Part shown: positions 41,075 to 52,100 of the stretch, piece after piece
How positions within the stretch are numbered: the first letter of the stretch is position 1
Layout of the letters: each line of letters opens with the position of its first letter
Source of the DNA: Octopus sinensis
Taxonomy: Eukaryota
DNA length: 64,000 nucleotides
Assembly (NCBI RefSeq): GCF_006345805.1
Contig: NC_043008.1
Coordinates: 33,232,001-33,296,000 of the forward strand
Direction of reading: 5' to 3'
Translations under genes and position numbers: made by a program
Notes under the pieces: generated by a model
Databases searched by the model: none
What the model saw: only the letters and a program-made list of their open reading frames with translations
Told to the model about the DNA's origin: nothing

Positions 41075-43027
41075 CAGGTTGCCTCTGAGAGCTCCTCAAT
41101 GCTGATGACCTAGCTCTCATAGCAGAATCACTACCAGAACTAGAGAAGTGTGGAAGCAAGGTTTAGAATCGAAGAGCCTTAGAGTCAATGTTGCAAAGAC
41201 CAAAGTTCTAGTAAGTAGGAAGGTGAACTTATCATCTGGTAGGTGGCCCTGCTCGATCAGTAGAAAAAGTGTAGGTAGAAACTCCATAAGATGTACCTAG
41301 TGTAAGCTATGAACACAGAAGAGGTGCAGCAACATCAAAGGAAGATTAACTGGGAAGATAGCTTTCATGTGCAGTAGATGCACAGGAGCAATAAACACCA
41401 TAGATGCTCAGAAAACAGACTCCATCACATGCCAGGGGGAGAAACTAAAAGTAGTTGATAGCTTCTGCTACCTAGGTGACCAAGTCTGTAGTGGGGGTGG
41501 ATGCTCAAAGAGTGCTACCACTAGAATAAGAATAGCCTGGGCAGAAAGATTCTATCCCTACTGGTGACAAAGGGCCTCTTGCTCAGAGTGAAAGGTAGAT
41601 TGCATGATGCATGTGTGTGAACTGCCATGCTTCACGGCAGTGAAATATGGGCCGTGACTGCTGAAGACATGCGTAGGCTTGAAAGAAATGAAGCTAGCAT
41701 GATCTGCTGGATGTGTAGTGTCAGTGTGCACACACAACAGGGTGTAAGTGCCCTGAGAGAAATGTTAGACACAAGAAGTATCAGATGTGACATGCAAGAG
41801 AGACGTTTGCATTGTTATGGTCATGTACTGCGGATGGATGAGGAAAGCTGTGTGAAGAAGTGCCACTCCCAAACAGTGGAAGGAATCCGGAGTAGAGGGA
41901 TACCCAGGAAGACATGGGATGAGGTGGTGAAGCATGATCTTCGAACATTGGGCCTCACAGAAGCAATGACAAAAGACCAAGACCTCTGTAGGTATGCTGT
42001 GACTGAGAAGACCCAGCAAATAAAGTGAGTCCACAGCTGTAACCTACACCAGTGTCACATAACCAGCCCACTCAAAAGTACCTTGGATCGTAGGGCAACA
42101 TGCCATGCTTGAGGAGACCTTTTGAGTCAAGTACATCGACATCAACAACAATATCAAAATCAAATCAAATGGAAATTGTAGTTGTGACCCCTGTGCTGGT
42201 AGCACGTAAAAACACCATCCGAACATGGCCAATGCCAGCGCCGCTTTAACTGGCTTTCATGCCGGTGGCACATAAAAAGCACCATCTGATCGTTGTCAAT
42301 GCCAGCTCCTCTGGTCCCTGTGCCAGTGGCACGTAAAAAAGCACCCACTACACTCTCGGAGTGGTTGGCATTAGGAAGGGCATCCAGCTATAGAAACACT
42401 GCCAGATTGGATTGGGGCCTGGTGCAGCGTCCTGACTTCCCAGATCCCAGTCGAACTGTCCAACTCATGCCAGCATGGAAAACAGATGTTAAACAATGAT
42501 GATTATGATAATAATGAAATATAGATATAAATTAGAAATGGAAACTGAAATAATAAATTGAACAATTAAATAATTTAATCATTAAATGATAAATTCAATT
42601 CAATTTTATTCTTTTATACAAACAAATGACACATCTAATAAATTACTGCTATTTCTACACCATTAAAAAAGCAACAGGTTTTTCAAAAATAAAATGCTGT
42701 TTAAAATATAATGAGGTTTCATCAGACAGACATGTCTTCTTGAATATCTTTTACATATATATAAATATATAAATATATATATATAAGGAAATAAATGGAG
42801 TTGAACGCAGATGTTATTAAAATATGCTGAAAGTAAAAGAATTTGAATAACATCTGCGTTCAACTCCATCTATTTACTTATACTACACAAAATACTGCAC
42901 ATTAGACCGGAGTTTCTACCTTTGAATAGGTCGCTTCATCCGTGTTACTTGCGTGAATTTTGCTACCCTGGTAACTGTTTATTGAATTTTCCATGTTAAC
43001 GGTAAACAAAGGATAATTCATTCATCC

Positions 43028-43077
<50 letters not shown>

Positions 43078-43151
43078 TGTGTGTGTATGTACTCATTTGA
43101 AATATATGTAAGTGAAAGAGAATAAAAGTAACTAATAACAACGAGACAAAC

Positions 43152-43184
<33 letters not shown>

Positions 43185-46100
43185 AAGAAGAGAGAGAGAA
43201 AAAGAGAGCAGACAGAAATAAATCAGGAACTGTGAAAGGCATGCTGAAGCTGTCTAAATATATTCAGCTGTAATGCATATGTATGTAGATATGGTCTGAT
43301 TAATAAGTATCCAGTCTGTTGCCATAGTAATGAAGCTAAAGCACACAGAGTGAAGCCACTTGACACAGATTGACCTTGAATTCTGCTATGCATGTGCACT
43401 AAGTTTTAACATTCTAGCTCGTTTCAGCTGTTTACAGCAGTACTTGGAAGGAACATGTGTAGCGTGTGATTATCACATTGACCATGACAGAGAATGTTGA
43501 GCAGAGAATCTGCATCAAATTTTGCCAAAAGCTTGACGATACCAGCTCAGAGGCCTACACAAAGTTTTCATCATTCTCGACACAGAAGGCAGTTTTGGCA
43601 CAAATTTGGCAGACATGCATCTCATACCCAAACTGAACCGTAACTAATCAGCACATCCTCTGATAACTCACAGATGGTGATTCGACAGTTTCTCCTCACA
43701 GCTGCACACACATCTGCAATGTTTTTCTCAGTTCTGCTGGTTCCAGAATGTTCATCACTATTGACATTTTTTTGGCCATCTTGGAAACAGCTGAACCTTT
43801 CGTACACTTGTGCATGGCTCATACACTCCTCTCCAAAAACTTTCTGCAACTTTGCATAGGCCTCTGAACAGGTATTACCATGACAACTTTCTCTGTCATG
43901 GTCAATGCAATGATTACATGCTACACATGTTTCTTCCAAGCACTGCTGTAAACAGCAGTATCTAAGGTCAATCTGTGCCAAGCAACTTCACTCTGAGTGC
44001 TTTAGCTTTGTTACTATGACAACAGTCTGGATATTTATTGATCAAACCTTGTATGTATGTTCACACGTGTATGCATGTATGTAAAAGTATATTTAGAGAT
44101 GATGTAGCCATATTGATAAGTTATTATATTTTTAACATATTTCATGTATTAAAAACCTAAGATAATTTTTTGAATTAATAAATCTACAGTTTTTTATCCT
44201 TTCACTGTGGGAATTCAAACAGATGTAAATACATTTTATTATTCTCTTCATAGAAAAAAACCAAAGGCTTAAAAACTCTAGTTAAATGAAATATCCTTAG
44301 GTTTGCTAACAGATACTGATTTGCACATAAACGTTTTTCATTAATTATTTAATCCTGATACCAACAAAAACACAGTTTGCAGATTAGTCTAGGTATTATG
44401 GCTAAGTCCAAATTAGTGTTTGATTTAACCCGTTAGCATTCAGATTACATAATACTTATTTATTCAAATTGGTTTGAATTAATCATGCCTTATCTCATAG
44501 CTTCCTGATTTTAATGATAAGATTGTATGGCAGAGTTAGAGGCTGAATCTGGCTGGTTTTAACATAAAACATGTAGAATATATGGGCCTGATATGTCCAG
44601 CTTAAATACTAAAGCAGTGGTTTTCAATCAGGGTCCATATAAGATTTTGTTGTTAAAACTTATCTGCAAATAAATTGGTTATACTTCCACAATACACAAA
44701 ATATTTTAATGATTATTTTTAAACAATTCTTACTGGTGTCACATAGTAAGTGCCATGTAAAAGTTCTCGTGCCAGTGGCACATTAAAAACACCCAGCACA
44801 CACTGTAAAGTGATTGGCGTTAGGAAAAGCATTCAACTGTAGAAACCAAGCTAAATTAGACTGGAACCTGGTGCAGCTTCCAAGCTTGCCAGCTATGGTC
44901 AAACCATCCAACCCCTGCCAGTAGCTACAACTATGACTTCACTTAGCTTGATGTGTCTTCTCAAGCACAGCAAATTGCCAATAGTCTTGGTCACTCCATG
45001 AGACTCAACATTCAAAGATCATATTTCACTACCTCATCCCTCATCTTCCTGGGTCTACCTTTTCCACAGGTTCCCTCCACAGTTAGAGATCAGCACTTCT
45101 TTATGCAGCTATCCTCATTCATAAGCATCACATGGTGATGCATATAGCCCTATTTATTTAAAATAACATATCATTTCAGGAAGATCTGACTGAAATAATA
45201 TGAAAAGCAGGTCAAGAAACTGCATAGAACCTGCCTTATTGGCTTATATATCTTAGATATAAATCCAAGATATAGTATCTGATATATCTATCTGCTGTTG
45301 TTTGACCTTGGGACAATCATGATTGAATTCTGCAAGCAAAGACATTCTAGCTATGACAACCCAATTTTTTTTACTAGTATCACATTATCCAATGTATCAG
45401 CTTTTCAATACGTTAGGCTGTTATTAAGAGAGATTTGGTTGCTATCAGAATGGTTGTTATAAAACTACAATTTCTAAGATAGTATATACTTTTGTGATAT
45501 GAGTCTGCTGAAGCAAAAATAACTAGGAATCGTAATCATCATTGTCATTATTATTGATAAGTACAGATATGGCTGTGTAGTACTAAGTTTATTTCTCAAG
45601 CAGACAGTTTCAGATTCAGTACCACTGCGTGGTACTTTGAGAAAATGCCTTCTACTATAGCACCCATGGGCCAAGTAAAGTCATGCGAGTGGATATGGTA
45701 CATGGGAATTGAAAGAAATCCAGAGAGAGACAGACAGATAGACAGAGAGGGTGTGTATGTGTGTATATGAGTGTGTATATATATATATACACACACCCAT
45801 ATATATATAAGAACAATTTAAGAACAAAGAAAAACAAAACAATTGGATACTTAATAAATGGGTGGAATTGAACCAGTGTGTATGCTAATTATATTAATCC
45901 TAGACACAACAAAATATGTATGTATGTATGCATGCCATTATGAAAGACTGCTGAACATGAAGAATGAATGGGAGGAGGAGAGTTTGCCAACTTGAGGGAC
46001 TAGCTACCCAAATCAACAGTACCCTGGTAGATAAAGCAATTAAGGATATGAAGACAGGGAAAGCCCCCAGCCCATCAGGAATCACCACTGAGATGCTAAA

Positions 46101-49100
46101 AATATCTGGCAGTGTGGGTTATGGTCTAGTGATCCATATTGTAAATCAGGTGGTTCGTGAAGGAGTCATATCCAATAACTGGTGTAGCAGCACCATAGCC
46201 AATTGCTACAAAGGTAAAGGTGGTGCCTTAGATAGAAATAATTATAGAGGTTTCAAACTGTTGGATCAGGTGATGAAAGTTGCGGAGATAGTCATAGCCT
46301 AACTAATTAGGGAGAGAGAGAGAGAGAGAGTCTAAATGAGATGCAGTTTGATTTTGTGCCAGGTAGAAGTACCACTGATGCTATATTGCTGGTAAGGCAA
46401 CTGCAGGCCTAGCCAAAAATAAACCTCTGTACTTGGCTTTTGTTGACTTGGAGAAAGCTTTTGACAGAGTCTTCTGATCCCTTATTTGATGCCAATGAGG
46501 AAACTAGGGATAGACAAGTGGTTGGCGAAAGCTGTACAAGCCTTGTACAGAGACACTACCAGTTAGGTGAGGGTAGGCAATGAGTAGAATTCAGAATTCA
46601 AGTAGGGGTTCACCAAGGATTGGTGCTCAGCCCCCTCTTGTTCATCATAGTCCTCCAGGCAATAACAGGGGAATTCAAGACAGGCTGCCCCTGGGAGCTC
46701 CTCTATGCTGATGACCTTGCTCTTACAGCTGAATCCTTACCTGAACTAGAGAAGTTTCAGGTTAACCTAGCAAAAACCAAAGCCATAGTAAATAGGAAGG
46801 CAGACAAATCACAAATACTTTCAGGTAGATGGCCCTGATCAATCTGCAGAAAAGGTGTAGGTAGAAACTTCATAAGATACACTCACATGGACACATAAAA
46901 GGTGCAGCAACATCAGAGGAGGGTCAACAAGGAAACTAACTTTTGTATGTGGTACAATAAATGTGGTACAACGATTTTGCACAGATACAATAAATGCTGA
47001 AAATGTGCAGAAAATAGACTCCATCAACTGCTAGGGGTGGAAGCTAGAGGTAGTAGATAGCTTCTGTTATCTAGGTAACCAGGTTAGTAGTGGGATGGAT
47101 GCTCCGAGAGCGTAGCTATGAGAATAAGATTAGGCTGGGCAAAGTTCAGAGCTCCTACCCCTGCTGGCAACAAAGGGCCTCTCTTTCAGAGTGAAAGGCA
47201 GATTGTTTGATGCCTGTGTGCATACAGCTATGGTGCATGTCAGTGAAACATGGGCTATAACAGCCAAGGACATGCATAGGCTTGAGAGAAATGAAGCCAG
47301 TATGCTTCGCTGGATGTACAATGTCAGTGTGCATGTTTGACAGAGTGTAAGCACCTTGAGAGAAAAGTTAGGCATAAGAGGAATCAGATGTGGTGTGCAA
47401 GAGAGACTGCGCTGGTATGGTCATATGATGCATATGGATGAGGACAACTGTGTAAAGAAGTGCCGATCTCTAACTATGGAGGGAACCTGCAGTAGAGGGA
47501 GACCCAGGAAGACGTTAGACAAGGTGGTGAAGCATGATCTTCAAAATTTGAGCCTTACAGAGGCAATGACTAGTGACCAAGACCTTTGCTGGTGTAAACA
47601 TAACCTGGTGTGACACAAATGACACTCATGCTAGTGGCACATAAAAGCACCCATTACACTCTGAGTTGTTGGTGTTAAGAAGGGCATCCAACCATACAAA
47701 ACTATGCCAAATCAGAATGGAGTCTAGTGCAGCCTTCCAGTGTGCCAGCTCATGCCAGCATGGATAACAGATGTTAAATGATGATGATGATGAGGAGGAG
47801 GAGGAGGAGGAAAGTAAAAAATATTCACTCTTGTTTTTTCAATGTATTTACACAAAAGGAGGGGATAAACAAGTACATCATTTTTCTATATAGTCTCTTT
47901 CCTTTTTAATGCACTTGGTCCAGCAGTCTACAACCTTGCATATTCCCTCCAAGAAGATGGTTTTCGGTTGGTCGTGCAACCAATTATGCACCGCTTCTTT
48001 CACATCTTCATTCATATGAAATCGACAACCTTGTAGACCATCTTTGAGTGGTCCAAAAATTGTCAGAAGGGGCAAGATCTGGGCTGTAGGCAGGGTGTTC
48101 CAGCACCTCAAAACCCAATTGGTTACTGGTTTCAATAGTTTGGGTGTGCATTGTCATGCAACAACAAAACTTTCTAAGACAATAGGCTTCGGCATTTGGT
48201 GCAAATTGCTGGCTTCAGTTTGTTGGCCAGCAAAGCACTGTATCTTGCACTGTTGATCATACACCCATTTACCAGGTCGTCTTCCAGTATAGGCCCTTTT
48301 GAGTCTCAAAAATGGGTTAGCATCACCGTTCCTGCAGAAGACTAAGTCTTGAATTCCTTTGTTGCTGGCAAGCCAGGATGTTTCCATTCCATACTCTGTC
48401 ATAATGACAGAGTATGGAGTCTGTGACTATTCTGCTCAAGAATTCCTCACCCTCATTGTTGTAGCAATCAAGTAAACATTGGCAGACCTCAAGACGTTTG
48501 CACTTGTGCTCTGCAGTAAGACTTGGACCATTTGTCCTTGACCACTCAGTAAATATATGGAATGACAAATCCAGATTACTACAACATAAAAACAGTAATT
48601 TCTTCTAAAATTCAATATTTTTCCAGTCCTAAACAAAGACAGACAGACACAGACACACACACATCTTTTATCTTTTACTTCTTTCAGTCATTAGACTGCA
48701 GCCATGCTGGGACACCACCTTAAAGTTTTAGTCGAATGAATCAATCCCAGTACTTATTTTTTTAAAGCCTGGTATTTATTCTATCAGTCCCTTTTGCCAA
48801 ACTGCTAAGTTACAGAAAGGCAAATACAGACACATAGGTATATATATATATATATATATATATGACAGGTTTTAATGATTAGACAGAGGTCCAATAGAAT
48901 AGCTCTCAGAAACAGACTACATACAAATTTGTTCTTCACAACTCCTGGAGTTACTTTCAGATATCCATCCCATTCTTATAAAAATGATAACTCTGTCCAA
49001 ATTGGTGTGCTAAACACAAATTGCCGTTTCTGTAGAGCTTTAAAATTTTGAAATGAAACAAATGGTATGTGTTGCTCAGGTGATTAGGTAACCTTGCCAG

Positions 49101-52100
49101 CACTACCAGCTCTTTCTCAACCTCTTATGGATCTTTTAGAAGGCACTTACATACAGTCAAAGGATTTTCTGAACAGTATCAGACAATACAACTCTGCATT
49201 TCAAACGACATCGATTGCTACATCTGAGAAGATACTTAAACATGAATTTACACCGACGTCAAAGTTCCAGGGCAAGTCTATCACCTCAATGGTTCCCTGT
49301 TACTCACAAATGAACAAACACAGTTCCTCCAAGTTTACTTTATGAGTGATGTAGGGCATCAAACCTGAAGGAGGTGTCAAAATTTCAGATGATGGGTCAT
49401 GTTAGACACAGCGCCGACTGCTACAAAAGAGAGTATATCCACTGACAGCTTCTCGGTGCATTCAAAAATCATATAACCCCTACAAGTTAGGACCTGAAAT
49501 ACTCCAATCAGATGCATAGCATGTTGCTTAGTCGAATTAGCCCATCATTTACTCCACAAATGTTTTGTTGTCAATGCTGCACTTTCCCATATCACTTGTT
49601 TCAACATAACTGTAATATAATATATACAAACTATAACATTTTAATCCCGAGCAATGCCAGGTATCTCAGCTAGTATATATAAAGTCTGAACTGAATTGAA
49701 AGGATAGCCTACATCTCCATACCATAATGTTTTTTGATTTATTCTTTATCTGCAGAATTTTAGAGAAGAAATAAATGATGAGAAGGAGAAATCTACTTAC
49801 CTCAGTACCACGATATTGCACTCTGTTTAATTCAACATCACTTGGACTGATTGGTTGGTACTTGAACATTTCCTAGAGAAGAAAATAAAGTAGGTGATAA
49901 GCACAGAGATTTGATGACATAACTGTAGAGATGGGTGACTTATACACGCTGATTAAAAATAGAGGTGGACTAACTATTCAAGTGGAATAAGTATGGAGGT
50001 TCTGGGAAACAGGTGTAGAGGTGGGGTGAGTAGACATGAAGTAACTTAAAGGTTTAGTAAGAAACAATAATGAAAAAATATATAATAAACCACAATAGTG
50101 GGGTCAGCAAACCGGGGTAAATTACCCCAAGTAGGAGTTAAAATGAAATTCTTGGGGGTAATGAGGACTCATTCGACATAAGTAAAATTATATAAGAAAT
50201 GTGTTCCATGTTACAATAGAAATTTTTCTCCTGGCAACACTGCATCTGTCCAATGTAATGGACGTGCTTAGGAGATGTCACATCATTTTGAACAACAAAC
50301 AATTTGGTGGCTAAAGCATTGTTGAGTGACTAAACCTTATTTTTTGACATACATTTTTGCTTTGTTTAAATAGTTTTAAGTAGTTATTCAATTCAACCCT
50401 TTAACAAAATCGATTGGACCCTAAAGACTGTATCCAAATTGCTCTGGCATCAAAATGCCCCAATTTTTATGTAACTGCAACAAAAATGAAACATCTTTTC
50501 TCCAAAACCTGAAGTGAAAAATTTCTAAAACAATCCTTGTTTCATAATGAGGACATTAATTCATTTTATTGCATTTGTTTTATACTTTTTATATTTATAA
50601 TTGTATTCTCTATATGAATAGATTCAGTAAACCTTTTGAATTCAAAGAATCTATGATTTTCTTCCTTTCAAATCAAGGGGGTAACGTCAGCATAAATAAA
50701 TATATTTTAGGGTAATTGGTTAAAAAAGTTCCCTGACCCTGGTATATGCTGACAAGTATGGTATTCTAACCACCAAAAGAACCAGTCTTTATGACATGGT
50801 AGCTTGTGTCTCACTGACCCTGAGAGATATGCCAGTAGAGTACAATCTCCTGGCAGGGCTTCCCAGGCTAGACAAGTCAAAGGATAGAAACCAGATTAAT
50901 ATGGATCAACTCTTCTCAGAGGTAAAAATGGGTTTGCCTAAGAGCCAACACCCTACCTAGTAAAAAAAGCAAAGTTACAGAAGCAAAACCAACAAGAGCA
51001 AGTTCTTTAAATGACAGACAACAGCAGTGTTTCTCAACCATTTCTAACCTATGGATTCCTTTGATTTCTATTTGACTCAGATGGACCCTCCTAGCCATTC
51101 GATGTTTAAAAAAAATTATTCATCATCATTTAACGGCTATTTTCCATGCTTGCATGGGTTGGATGGTTTGACAGAAGCTGACCAGCTGAAGGGCTGTTCA
51201 GGCTCCATATCTGTTTTGGTATGGTTCCTATGACTGGATGCCCTTCCTAACACCAACCACTTTACAGAGTGTACTGGGTGCTTTTACACAACACTGTGGT
51301 ACAGGTGCTTTTTATATGGCACCAAGACTTACAAGCCTGCAAGATTAAGGATGCTCGGCTGGAGTGGATTACAAGCGATCATGCTCTTACTTAGCTTGAT
51401 GTGTCTTTTCCAGCACAACAAACTGCCAGGAATCTCAGTCCCCTGTCATCTCCACTGTGAGTCCCAACATTTGTAGATCCTTTCTCACCACTTCATCCCA
51501 CGTCTTCCTGGGTCAAATACTTTTATAATTAAATATTATTAGAAATTATATAAAAGTAATTATTAAAATATTTTGTGTATTGTAGAAGTATAAGCAATTT
51601 ATTGCTGATAAATTTTAACAACAAAATCTTATATGGACCCCCAAGGGCCATGTGGACTCTGATTGAGAACCACTGCCCTAGAGTGAAGAACAGAGGAGAA
51701 AAGTCATCAATAACCTATACCCCATAGTGAGCAAAAGGCTTATGTTTTAATTATGTTATTCTAAGAGGTCAGTTCCAAATTGTACAGGACACGTGGCTTA
51801 GTGGTTAGGGTGTTGGACTCCTGATCATAAGATTGTGGTTTCAGTTCCTGGACCAGGCAATGCATTGTGTTTTTGAGCAAAACACTTCACTTCATATTGC
51901 TCCAGTTCACTCAGCTGGCAAAAGTTAGTCATTCTGCAATAGACCAGCATCCTGTCCAGGTGGGGAATTCATGAAGCTGGGAAACGGGCCCTTATGAGTT
52001 GGCATGATTCGAGAAGGTAGCTTTACTACTTAACCTTTATCTAGTCCCAAATAAAATGAATCCATGACCCAACAACAATTTCTTATCAAGATCAACTCAC

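Noticed and set aside
42190-42350. Spaced direct repeats resembling a mini-CRISPR array
   Set aside because: Only three degenerate units with irregular spacing, inside an RTE 3' UTR in a eukaryotic intron, with no cas genes.
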